Below, piece by piece: positions 1-8,681 of a stretch of 64,000 nucleotides of DNA. Position 1 is the first letter of the stretch. The number at the start of each line of letters is the position of its first letter. The stretch is from an uncultured Actinomycetes bacterium. GTDB lineage: Bacteria > Actinomycetota > Thermoleophilia > Gaiellales > Gaiellaceae. Made by a program: the position numbers and the translations under genes. The DNA lies in contig CAWEIK010000001.1 in NCBI GenBank assembly GCA_963809175.1, forward strand, positions 886,792 through 950,791, written 5' to 3'. The notes under the pieces were generated by a model, which searched no databases, had not been told where the DNA came from, and saw nothing but the letters and a program-made list of their open reading frames with translations.

Positions 1-314
1 GACCCCGTGATCCAAGGCAGCGTGAGCGTGATCGACGCGACCGGGCTCTTCAGCTCGCGGTCGACGTAGAGCAGGCCGTTCTCGCGGAACGTGTTGCTCG
101 TCGCGAGCTCGAGCTGGTAGCTCACCGCGCCGGGCACGGGTGCCCACGCGAAGGACGGGGTGCGTGCGAACTCGTGCCGGACCGGCTCGTCGGCCCGGAA
201 GAGGAAGCCGTGGAGGTTCTTCGGAGCAGCCGCCGACGCGCTCGGGGCAGCGTTGGCGGAGCTGGTCAGGACCAGCATGGCGAGCAGAGCCAGCAGGAGG
301 CGGGCGGGGCGCAT
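1..314 (-). CDS. secreted hypothetical protein, N-terminal part only (runs off the window start)
   Basis: Manual reverse-strand translation from ATG 314..312 gives MRPARLLLALLAMLVLTSSANA... (signal-peptide-like). No stop down to position 1. GC-rich third codon positions. Absent from the ORF track because it has no stop in the window. Starts 22 nt after the amidase stop. Confidence 0.6.
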   Translation of the reverse strand, partial: MRPARLLLALLAMLVLTSSANAAPSASAAAPKNLHGFLFRADEPVRHEFARTPSFAWAPVPGAVSYQLELATSNTFRENGLLYVDRELKSPVASITLTLPWITG

Positions 315-335
315 CCCCTTTGTTGTCGGCGGTTT

Positions 336-1394
336 CTAGGGGCCGGCCGTCCCTCGAACGAGGGATGCCCCGGCGGCCAGGACCAGCGCGTCCTCCCCCG
401 GCTTCCCCACGAGCTGGAGCGAGGCGGCGAGACCTGCCTCCGCCGGCCCGCAGGGCAGGGCCAGCGCGGGCCAGCCCGTGCAGTCGAAGGGGTACGTGAG
501 GCTGATCCCGCGCACCCGGAAGGCGGACTCGTCGGCGTCGGCCGGCGGGGCGACGAACGGGACGGTCGGGGTGAGGAGCAGGTCGACGTCCTGCGTCGCC
601 TCGAGGTAGCGCTCGCGCACTTCAGCGCGAAGCCGGCGCGCGGCCTCCGCCTCGGCGTCGGTGACCGCCAGGCAGCGCTCGATCTTCGGGCGAACGTTCT
701 CGCCGTAGGCGTCCGCGTGCTCGGAGAAGAGCTCGCGGTGGACGTCCGCGACCTCGTGCATGAACTCGCTGTAGGTGCCGTCGGTCGAGGGGAGCTCGAC
801 GCTCGTGCGCCGCGGGAAGCGCGCGGCAGCCTCTTCCACCCGCGCGCGGACGAGCGGATCCGCGGCCTCGGTCCACGCGATCCCGACTCGAACCTCCTCG
901 AGCGACTCGAGCCGAGCCGGCTCGAACCCGGGGACGAGCGCGGCCATCGCCGCCTCGCAGTCCTCGACGGTGCGCGCCATGGGGCCGGCGTGGTCGTAGC
1001 TCGGCGCGAGGGGGAAGCAGCCGTCGAGCGGGACGAGCCCCCAGGTCGGCTTGAAGCCGACGATCCCGCACCAGGCCGCAGGGATGCGGATCGAGCCGCC
1101 GGAGTCGGTCCCGAGCGCGACGTCGGCGAGCCCGGCCGCGAGCGCGGCGCCGTTACCGCCGCTCGAGCCGCCGGCGAGCCTCCCGGGCGCGATCGGGTTC
1201 GGCACGGTGCCGAAGTGTGGGTTCTGGGACGAGATCCCGTAGGCGAACTCGTGCAGGTTCGTCTTGCCGACGTTCGCGTAGCCGGCGCGCTCGAGCCGCA
1301 CGACCGCCTCGGCCGTTGCGTCCGGGACGTGGTCGGCGAACAGGATCGAGCCGTACGTCGTCGTCAGGCCGGCGGTGTCGAACAGATCCTTCAC
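336..1394 (-). CDS. amidase-signature family amidase, apparently N-terminally truncated
   Basis: 352-aa ORF with KDLFDTAG..TTYGS and GGSSGG amidase-signature motifs. The GTG start puts the catalytic-type Lys at residue 2. In-frame amidase-like sequence (..AAGIRLAVKD) continues upstream to a stop at 1482-1484 with no start codon. Confidence 0.75.
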   Translation of the reverse strand: MKDLFDTAGLTTTYGSILFADHVPDATAEAVVRLERAGYANVGKTNLHEFAYGISSQNPHFGTVPNPIAPGRLAGGSSGGNGAALAAGLADVALGTDSGGSIRIPAAWCGIVGFKPTWGLVPLDGCFPLAPSYDHAGPMARTVEDCEAAMAALVPGFEPARLESLEEVRVGIAWTEAADPLVRARVEEAAARFPRRTSVELPSTDGTYSEFMHEVADVHRELFSEHADAYGENVRPKIERCLAVTDAEAEAARRLRAEVRERYLEATQDVDLLLTPTVPFVAPPADADESAFRVRGISLTYPFDCTGWPALALPCGPAEAGLAASLQLVGKPGEDALVLAAGASLVRGTAGP

Positions 1395-1473
1395 GGCCAG
1401 TCGAATGCCGGCCGCCGGCGGCGGATCGGGTACTGCGAGGAAGATCCCGTCGTACGCGCTCGTGCGCGCGACG

Positions 1474-3063
1474 TTACTTCGTCAGGACGAGCTTGCGCGT
1501 GACGGTCGCACCGCGCGTGCCGTTCGTCGCGACGCTCGTGAACGTCAACCGGCTCGTGGCGGCCAGCGTGCGCGTCACGTTTCGGGGCAGCGTGAAGCGA
1601 AGGTCGTTGTTGCCCGTCCGCAGGACGCGGGTGCCGAGCGACAGGCTGCCGAGCCCTGCGACGAGCTTGCCGGTGCCGCTCGAGAAGACGACGAGCCGCA
1701 CGACGCGCCGCTTCTTGGACACGCGAAGCGTCTCGGGGCCGTAGACGGCGATCGAGGGAGGCTCCTCGCCGGTCAGCGACGGGACGGTCGGGCCGGTGTA
1801 GCTCCCTGCGGGCGGAGGCGTCGAGGTCGCCAGGGTCTTCTTGTCGACCGTGACCGACCCGCTCACGGTGAACAGCGCGGCGTCGAAGCTCGCGGACGGG
1901 TTGGGCAGCGAGACGAGCCCCACGTCGCTCCACGAGCAGGTGTCCCACGGGACGCTCAGGCTCGCGGTCGAGCCGCTCAGCGCGAGCGGGATCGCCGGGC
2001 TGCCGGCTGCGGTCCAGTTGAACACCGGGCGCGCGCCGATCCCGAACGGCACGGTGACGCTCAAGTTCAGGGTGGCCGCGTAGCACGGGCCGTCGCTCGT
2101 GCCGGCGCCGCGCTTGAAGGCGACGTAGCGCGCAGCGAGGTGGTTGACCGAGATCTTCTGGGTCGGGAGCGCGCCCGAAGCGTTACCCGTGAGCGTCGTC
2201 GAGTAGGCGGGCGGCTCGATCCCCTTGAGGCCGGTCGCGGTGTAGGCGCCGGTCATGTTCGCGACCGTCCAATCGTGGAAGACGTCGCCGAGCGTCGAGC
2301 CCTTGGCCTCGAGGGTCTGCATGAGCAGGTTCGCCGCCGGGACGGTCGGGTCGTTCACCGTCTTGCCGCGTTGAAAGAGGTCGTTGACCGCCGAGCCGCC
2401 GAAGCGTTCGCTCAGGTACTCGAAGAAGTGCCACCGGGAGTAGCCGAACGCTTCGTAGTCGGTCGCGCCGCAGGACTCGCCGTCGCACGTCAACGACATG
2501 TCCGGGTCGCCCACCAATTCGGTGAGTGCTTTCGGCGTCGCGCCCCCGAAGTCGACGGCGAGCGGGAAGCCGAGGAATCGGAAGCCGGCCCACTCGGCAC
2601 TCGCCTCGAGCACGAAGGGGTCCATGTACGACCAGATCCCGAACTGCACGAGATGGAAGAGCTCGTGCGCCGCGACGGATTGGAGTCCCGTCGCGCCGGG
2701 AGCGATGTGGATGTAGCCCGACGTCTGCGCGGCCGCCGTGTCGGCGAACGCAAGCCCCGCGGCTTCCGGCGGGACGATCACGGTGACGTAGACGTCGATC
2801 AACCCGTCGCCGTCGTCGAGTGGCGCCGGGTAGCCCCACTCGGTCACGATCGCGCCGTACGCTCGCTCGAGGTTGCCCGCGAGGTCGCCGGCACGCTGCT
2901 GGGTGATCGCTGCGGCACTGGCGAACTCGCCGGTGTAGTGAATCTGGAAGTGGGTCGTCGTCATCGTCTCGGGCAGGCCGAGGATTCGCGCAGCCGAGGC
3001 AGGCTGCGCCCAGAGGGCGGCGAGCAGCCCTGTGAGCGCGCAGAGACGGACGAGCCGGAGCAT
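1474..3063 (-). CDS. secreted HExxH zinc metalloprotease-like protein
   Basis: 529-aa ORF. N-terminal signal peptide (LLAALWAQPASAA). AAHELFHLVQ zinc-binding-type motif. Confidence 0.7.
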   Translation of the reverse strand: MLRLVRLCALTGLLAALWAQPASAARILGLPETMTTTHFQIHYTGEFASAAAITQQRAGDLAGNLERAYGAIVTEWGYPAPLDDGDGLIDVYVTVIVPPEAAGLAFADTAAAQTSGYIHIAPGATGLQSVAAHELFHLVQFGIWSYMDPFVLEASAEWAGFRFLGFPLAVDFGGATPKALTELVGDPDMSLTCDGESCGATDYEAFGYSRWHFFEYLSERFGGSAVNDLFQRGKTVNDPTVPAANLLMQTLEAKGSTLGDVFHDWTVANMTGAYTATGLKGIEPPAYSTTLTGNASGALPTQKISVNHLAARYVAFKRGAGTSDGPCYAATLNLSVTVPFGIGARPVFNWTAAGSPAIPLALSGSTASLSVPWDTCSWSDVGLVSLPNPSASFDAALFTVSGSVTVDKKTLATSTPPPAGSYTGPTVPSLTGEEPPSIAVYGPETLRVSKKRRVVRLVVFSSGTGKLVAGLGSLSLGTRVLRTGNNDLRFTLPRNVTRTLAATSRLTFTSVATNGTRGATVTRKLVLTK

Positions 3064-3100
3064 CTTCTGCGGGATCGGCGCGAACGCCCGGAAACTTGAG

Positions 3101-3226
3101 CTAATCGAGCGCTAGATAGAGGAGCGCGATCGCGAACGAGCCGGCGAACAGCAGGAGAAACAGGCCAAAGAGGCCCCAGCCGATCAACAGGCTCCTGCGG
3201 GCGGTCTCGCGGTCGGGCTCGGTCAC
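3101..3226 (-). CDS. small single-pass membrane protein translationally coupled to ctaB
   Basis: GTG at 3226..3224 overlaps the ctaB stop (GTGA). 41 aa ending LLIGWGLFGLFLLLFAGSFAIALLYLALD (one TM helix). The longer 78-aa track ORF would overlap ctaB. Confidence 0.4.
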   Translation of the reverse strand: MTEPDRETARRSLLIGWGLFGLFLLLFAGSFAIALLYLALD

Positions 3227-4401
3227 GCGATCACGGGGTCGATGGCCATCGCGACGAAGAGGAGCGCGAGGTAGGCGAGGGAGTAGTGGAAGAGCACCGC
3301 CGCTCGAGCGGGGACGAGCTCGCGGTAGAGGCGCCACGCGAGCACGAGGAACGCTGCGCCGAGGACGACGGCTGCGACGAGGTAGATCGCGCCGAACATC
3401 CCGAACGCAACCGGAACGAGCGTCACCGCGATCAGCACGAGCGTGTAGGCGACGATCTGCCGGACGGTCTCACGTTCGCCGCGGACGACGGGCAGCATCG
3501 GGATCCCCGCCGCCTGGTAGTCGCGCTTGATCAGGAGCGCGAGCGCCCAGAAGTGCGGGGGCGTCCAGAAGAAGACGATCGCAAAGAGCGCGAGCGCGGG
3601 GAGGGTGAGGTCGCCGGTCGCCGCGGCCCAGCCGACGAGCGGCGGAACGGCCCCCGCTGCGCCGCCGATGACGATGTTCTGCGGAGTCGTGCGCTTGAGC
3701 CAGCGCGTGTAGACCAGGACGTAGAAGAGATTGCCGACGAGCGCGAGCACTGCTGTCAGGACATTGGCGAAGCTCGCGAGCAGCACGAACGAGAGCGCAG
3801 AGAGCGCGAGCCCGAACTCGAGCGCGCGTTCCGGCGCGATGCGCCCGGTCGCGACGGGGCGCGAGCGTGTGCGCTTGCCCATCAGCCTGTCGATGTCCGC
3901 GTCCAGCACGTGGTTGAGCGCACTCGCGCCGCCACACGCGAGCGCCAGGCCGACGAGCAGCACCGCGACGTCGGTGAGCGGCGGCACTCCCCCCGCCCCG
4001 ACGAACATCCCGCACACGCCCGTCAGGAGCAGCAGCGACATGATCCGCGGCTTGGTCAGCGTCACGTAGTCGCGCCAGGCTCCGGCGGGAACGTGCTCCC
4101 CCCGGAAGAGCTGAGCGGTGGTCGCCGCGATCACCGCGAGCGCAACCGCAGCGGCGGCGACGTGCACGGCACCGGCCCACCAGGTCCCGATCGCGACCAG
4201 GAAGGAAACGAGGGACGCGAGCGTCCAGGGCAGGAGCCGGGGGTGCACGCGCCAGGCCGCGACGACGAGCGCGACGAGCGGCGGCAGCGCGATCGCGGCG
4301 AGCGCGCCGTGCGCGACCCCGAGCGAGCCGCTCGCGACGGTCGCTGCGGCGGCGGCGGTCGCGCCCACGCCGCACAGGCGAAGCCAGGGACCCGGGGTCA
4401 T
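3223..4401 (-). CDS. ctaB: protoheme IX farnesyltransferase (heme O synthase) with about 90-aa N-terminal membrane extension
   Basis: C-terminal 392 aa of the 993-aa track ORF. UbiA-type motifs (NHVLDADIDRLM, TPPHFWALAL). ATG 4401..4399 overlaps the ctaD stop (ATGA). The upstream part of the track ORF is a shadow frame of ctaD. Confidence 0.85.
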   Translation of the reverse strand: MTPGPWLRLCGVGATAAAAATVASGSLGVAHGALAAIALPPLVALVVAAWRVHPRLLPWTLASLVSFLVAIGTWWAGAVHVAAAAVALAVIAATTAQLFRGEHVPAGAWRDYVTLTKPRIMSLLLLTGVCGMFVGAGGVPPLTDVAVLLVGLALACGGASALNHVLDADIDRLMGKRTRSRPVATGRIAPERALEFGLALSALSFVLLASFANVLTAVLALVGNLFYVLVYTRWLKRTTPQNIVIGGAAGAVPPLVGWAAATGDLTLPALALFAIVFFWTPPHFWALALLIKRDYQAAGIPMLPVVRGERETVRQIVAYTLVLIAVTLVPVAFGMFGAIYLVAAVVLGAAFLVLAWRLYRELVPARAAVLFHYSLAYLALLFVAMAIDPVIA

Positions 4402-6026
4402 CCGAGCTCCTCTCGGAGCCGAACCCGAAGGTCGCGCAAGGGACGCGGGCTCGAGATGTACGGCACCTTGTCGAAGTTGTGCTCCGGCGGGGGCGAGGTC
4501 GTGTACCACTCGAGCGTGTCCCCGAGCCACGGGTCGTTCCCCACCCGGCGAGCCTTCCGCGAGCGCCAGACGTTGATCAGGAACACGAGCGTGCCGAGCG
4601 CGAGCGTGAACGAGCCGATCGTCGACACGACGTTCCACGTCTCCCACCACGGTGCGTCCCGGTAGCCCGCGACGCGGCGCGGCATGCCGAGCAGCCCGAG
4701 GAAGTGCTGCGGCCCGAAGGTCAGGTTGATGCCGATGAAGTAGAGCCAGAAGTTGAGCTTGCCGAGGCCCTCGCCGAGCATGCGGCCGAACAGCTTCGGC
4801 CACCAGTAGTAGAGCCCCGCGAAGATCCCGAAGATCGACCCGCCGAACAACACGTAGTGCATGTGCGCGACGACGAAGTACGTGTCGTGCACCTGCCAGT
4901 CGAACGGGAACGCGGCGACCATGATCCCGGTGAGCCCGCCGATCGTGAACACCGAGATGAGGCCGAGCGCGAAGAGCATCGGCGTCGCGAAGGTGACGTT
5001 GCCGCGCCAGAGCGTGGCGAGCCAGTTGATGAGCTTGATCCCGGTCGGAACGCCGACGAGCACCGAGGCGATCATGAAGAACCCGTTCAGGAAGTTCGGC
5101 ATCCCGACGGCGAACATGTGGTGCGCCCAGACGAGCAGCGACACGAATGCGATCCCGATCGTCGCGAAGGCGATCGCCGCGTAGCCGAAGATCGGCTTGC
5201 GGGAGAACACCGGAATCACCTCGGAGACGATCCCGAACGCAGGCAGGACCATGACGTAGACCTCGGGGTGGCCGAAGAACCAGAACATGTGCTGATAGAG
5301 CACGGCGTTGCCGCCTTCGTCCGGCAAGAAGAAGTGCGTGCCCGCGGTCCGGTCGAGCAGCAACATCGTCAGCGCAGCGGCGACGGCCGGCAGCGCGAGC
5401 ACCAGCAGCCACGCGTACGTGTAGATCGACCAGACGAACAAGGGCATGCGCATCCACGACATGCCCGGCGTGCGCATCGTGTGGACGGTCGCGACGAAGT
5501 TGATCGCGCCGGCCAGGGACGACACCGCCAAGAGATGCAACGAGAGGATCGTCAGGTCGACCGACGTCCCGGTCAGCGTCGCGTAGGGCGGGTAGAGGTA
5601 CCAGCCGGTGTCCGCAGCGCCCCCGGCCGAGAACCACGAGGCGTAGAGCACGATCCCGCCCAGCAGGAACGTCCAGTACGAGAACGCGTTCAACCGCGGG
5701 AAGACCATGTCCCTCGCGCCGATCATCAGCGGCAGGAGGTAGTTCCCGAAGCCCGCGAGGATCGGGACGACGACCAGGAAGACCATCGTCAGCCCGTGCA
5801 TCGTGAAGAGCTGGTTGAACGTCTGCCTGCTCACGACGTCCGCCGTCTCGGGCGTCAGCAGCTCGGTGCGGATCAACAGCGCCATCACGCCGCCGAGGAG
5901 GAAGAACACGAGGCTCGTCCAGATGTAGAGCAAGCCGATCCGCTTGTGGTCGGTCGTGACGAGCCAGCTCGCGAAGCGGCCGCGGTACCACGGCACCGGG
6001 TAGATCGGCTCGACGCGAACTGCCAC
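4398..6026 (-). CDS. ctaD: cytochrome c oxidase subunit I
   Basis: Heme-copper oxidase subunit I sequence (WLVTTDHKRIGLLYI, HHMF, HFHYV-like region). GTG 6026..6024 overlaps the ctaC stop by 1 nt and gives 542 aa. Confidence 0.9.
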   Translation of the reverse strand: MAVRVEPIYPVPWYRGRFASWLVTTDHKRIGLLYIWTSLVFFLLGGVMALLIRTELLTPETADVVSRQTFNQLFTMHGLTMVFLVVVPILAGFGNYLLPLMIGARDMVFPRLNAFSYWTFLLGGIVLYASWFSAGGAADTGWYLYPPYATLTGTSVDLTILSLHLLAVSSLAGAINFVATVHTMRTPGMSWMRMPLFVWSIYTYAWLLVLALPAVAAALTMLLLDRTAGTHFFLPDEGGNAVLYQHMFWFFGHPEVYVMVLPAFGIVSEVIPVFSRKPIFGYAAIAFATIGIAFVSLLVWAHHMFAVGMPNFLNGFFMIASVLVGVPTGIKLINWLATLWRGNVTFATPMLFALGLISVFTIGGLTGIMVAAFPFDWQVHDTYFVVAHMHYVLFGGSIFGIFAGLYYWWPKLFGRMLGEGLGKLNFWLYFIGINLTFGPQHFLGLLGMPRRVAGYRDAPWWETWNVVSTIGSFTLALGTLVFLINVWRSRKARRVGNDPWLGDTLEWYTTSPPPEHNFDKVPYISSPRPLRDLRVRLREELG

Positions 6027-6988
6027 TACTGCTCGCCTCCGACGCCGCGCGTGTACGAGAGCAGCGTGTCGAGCTGGTCGTCGCTCCAGTCGCGGCCGAC
6101 CGCAGGCATCTCGCCGCGCCCCTCGCGCAGCAGCGTCGCGAGCGCCACGCGATCCGCGAGCGTCGGGTTGCCACCGAGCGTCGGACCGACGAGCTGGGGC
6201 CCACTCACGTTGTGGCACTTCGCGCAGGTCGCCTCGAACTGCGCCTGGCCGCTGCCGGCGAGCCGCGCGAGCTCGGCGTCGAACGCGCCTGCGTCGGTCA
6301 CGCGCACGACCATCGTCATCTCGGCGTGCTGCAAGCCGCAGAACTCGGCACAGTTGCCCTCGTACTCTCCGGCTTCCTCGGCGCGGAACCAGGTGTGGTT
6401 GAGCTTCCCCGGGATCGCGTCGATCTTCCCGCCGAGCGCGGGGATCCACCACGAGTGGATCACGTCGAAGTCGGGCGCGGTCACGTTCAACTCGACCGTT
6501 CGGTCGACCGGGACGACCAGCGTGTCGTAGGTGATCTGCCCGTCGGGGTAGCGGAACTCCCAGTAGAAGCGGCGGCCCTCGACGTCGATCACGAGGTTCG
6601 ACTCACCGCTCGCCCTCGAGACGTCGGTCACGTCGGGGAGCTTGTAGAAGACGTAGCCGACGACGATCGTCACGAGGAACAGGGGCACGATCGTCCACAG
6701 CAGCTCGAGGCGAGTGTTCCCGTGGATCTGTGGGCCCTCCTCGTCGACCGGCCGGCCGCGCCGTCGGTACCGGATCAGGAAGACGACGAGCGCGATCTCG
6801 ACGGCGAAGAAGACGATGCCCGTGACGCCGAGCAAGAGGTAGTACGTGTCGCTGATCGCCTCGGCGTTCGGGGACTTCGGGTCGACCGGCGTCAGGCCGG
6901 CGTTGTCCGCCAGAACCGGCGTCGCGAACGCGAGCGCACCGAGGACGACAGCGGCGATCGAGGCGAGGCGGCGCACAGCCGGTGGCAT
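6026..6988 (-). CDS. ctaC: cytochrome c oxidase subunit II with C-terminal cytochrome c domain (caa3 type)
   Basis: 320-aa ORF. Signal/TM N-terminus. CuA motif CAEFCGLQHAEM. C-terminal heme c motif CAKCH. Confidence 0.9.
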   Translation of the reverse strand: MPPAVRRLASIAAVVLGALAFATPVLADNAGLTPVDPKSPNAEAISDTYYLLLGVTGIVFFAVEIALVVFLIRYRRRGRPVDEEGPQIHGNTRLELLWTIVPLFLVTIVVGYVFYKLPDVTDVSRASGESNLVIDVEGRRFYWEFRYPDGQITYDTLVVPVDRTVELNVTAPDFDVIHSWWIPALGGKIDAIPGKLNHTWFRAEEAGEYEGNCAEFCGLQHAEMTMVVRVTDAGAFDAELARLAGSGQAQFEATCAKCHNVSGPQLVGPTLGGNPTLADRVALATLLREGRGEMPAVGRDWSDDQLDTLLSYTRGVGGEQ

Positions 6989-6998
6989 TCTACGAGGG

Positions 6999-7286
6999 GT
7001 GAGCGCGAAGACGAGGGTGGACCTGCCGCCCCAGGTAACGGGCGAGATCGAGGTCTACGTGAACGGCGTCCCGCAGGTCGAGGGCCGCGACTACATCCGT
7101 CGTGCCGATTCGCTCGTGTTCGAACGTCAGCTCGCCCGTGAAGGGCGGCTCGGGTTCTGGCGCTGGCTCAGCATCATCCTGGGGATCGCGGGGACGTACC
7201 GGCAGAACGACAGCGTGGACGTCGTCTACCAGCTCGGGGGCCGTCGGCTGGTCGCGCCCGGCCTCCCGCTTGTGAGTGGCGACTAG
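6999..7286 (+). CDS. hypothetical protein
   Basis: In-frame GTG at 6999 right after a GAGGG. 95 aa with strong GC3. Divergent from ctaC with only a 10-nt gap, so the start is uncertain (alternative GTG at 7017). Confidence 0.5.
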   Translation: MSAKTRVDLPPQVTGEIEVYVNGVPQVEGRDYIRRADSLVFERQLAREGRLGFWRWLSIILGIAGTYRQNDSVDVVYQLGGRRLVAPGLPLVSGD

Positions 7287-7966
7287 GTTTTCCGGCCCGT
7301 GGTCATACTTGGCGCATGAGCGACGCCGAGTGGCCTGCGCCCGAGCCCGCGACGCCGCGCGAGCCTGAGCGCCGCACGACGCCCCTGCCCAGGGTCGAGG
7401 ACCTGCCGGTCGCCGAGCAGGGCTACGACCGCGAGAAGGTGCGGGAGGCCTTCGACGCCTTCTACCGCCACGCCGCCCAGCTCGACGCGACCCTGAGCAC
7501 GCTCGAGGCGGTCGAGGTCTTCCAGCGCACCTCCGCCGAGCTCCGCGCCGAGCTGCGGAACATCCGCGGCTCGGGCTGGACGGTGCAGTCCTGGCAGGGC
7601 GGAGCCGGGTATCCAGGCGGCGGAGGCTCGCGCGGGCGCGTGAGCGAGTGGACGCTGCCGCCGTCCTTCCCCCGGCTCGCCGGCGAGTTCAGCTTCCTGA
7701 TCCTGATCGGCGTCGTCGTCGGCGTCGCCGGCTGGTCCGCGCTGACGATCGTCCTCGTCATGGGCCTCGCGCTCGGGGTCGTCCTGTTGCTCGAATGGGT
7801 TGCCGCGCGCGAGCGTGCGATCCCTCGGTCCGCGGCTCCCGCGGCGGCGCCCGACCTCGACCGCGACGAGCCGGCCGAGCTTCCGGTCGGCGAGGCGTGG
7901 GTCGCGCCGGAGGAAGGCCCCGAGGCCTTGACGATGCTCGACGACGCGGTCGTCGCCGAGGTCGCA

Positions 7967-8081
7967 GAGCCCGAGCCGGAGCCCGAGCCGGAGCCCGAGC
8001 CGGAGCCCGAGCCGGAACCGGAGCCCGAGCCGGAGCCCGAGCCGGAGCCCGAGCCGGACCGAGCCGGAGCCCGAGCCGGAG
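7967..8081 (+). repeat. GAGCCS hexanucleotide tandem repeat (encodes (EP)n)
   Basis: About 19 consecutive GAGCCG/GAGCCC units read directly. One unit at 8057-8060 is shortened to GACC. Confidence 0.9.
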
Positions 8082-8441
8082 GCTGTGGAGCTCCCGGCCG
8101 AGGAGCCGCCAGCCGCCGAGGCCGTCCCCGTCGTCGCCGAGCCGGAAGCGGATCGCCCGCGGCGCTTCGGCCTCTTCGGCCGCCGCCGCGAGCCGGTCGC
8201 CCCTCTTGAACCGGAGCCGGAGGCTGCGACGGCACCGGTCGATTCCGAGAGCCCCCTCGATCCGTGGGAGCAGGAGGCGCAGCTGCCCTCGCTTCCCGAA
8301 CCAGTGGAGCTCGAGCCCGAACCAGAGCAGCAGGTCGAAGCAGAGGAGCAGCTGGTCGAGCCGCAACGGCGGAGCTGGTTCCGCCGGCCGGCGGAGGAGC
8401 ACGTCGAGCTCGACGACGCGCTGCCGGTCGCGGTCGCGATG

Positions 8442-8539
8442 GAGCCCGAGCCGGAGCCCGAGCCGGAACCAGAACCGGAACCAGAACCGGAACCGGAACC
8501 GGAGCCGGAACCCGAGCCCGAGCCGGAACCCGAGCCCGA
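8442..8539 (+). repeat. GARCCN hexanucleotide tandem repeat (second (EP)n tract)
   Basis: About 16 consecutive GAGCCC/GAGCCG/GAACCG/GAACCA units read directly. Confidence 0.9.
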
Positions 8540-8681
8540 GGGCCCGCTGCCGGTCGATCTCCTCGCCGACCAGGCCGCGGCCGCACTCGAGCGCTCGCGC
8601 GCGCGCCGGCGAACCCCGCGCAGAGCTCGTCGGCGCTAGCCGCTCACGGGCGCCCTTCGTCCCTACTCTTAACCTCCGAAG

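Larger units (their letters stand above)
7316..8639 (+). pseudogene. DivIVA-motif membrane protein with two Glu-Pro repeat tracts; frame broken inside the first repeat
   Basis: N-terminus has a DivIVA-type GYDREKVREAFDAFY motif and one TM segment. Frame 7316 leaves the (EP)n tract at 8057-8061 and becomes Arg-rich junk. Frame 8085 continues EPEPEPEAVELPAEEPP... and holds a second (EP)n tract. 1324 nt minus 1 gives 441 codons. Confidence 0.55.

Noticed and set aside
3223-6204. 993-aa ORF that looks like a giant fusion protein
   Set aside because: Only the last 392 aa (from ATG 4401) are protein-like, and they match heme O synthase. The first roughly 600 aa are Arg/Ala-rich and lie in a shadow frame of ctaD on the same strand. 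An ATGA stop/start overlap with ctaD marks the real start.
7967-8539. Short tandem repeats as a possible CRISPR array or non-coding satellite
   Set aside because: The units are 6 nt with no spacers. They sit in frame inside a coding region and encode (Glu-Pro)n. There are no cas genes in the window.
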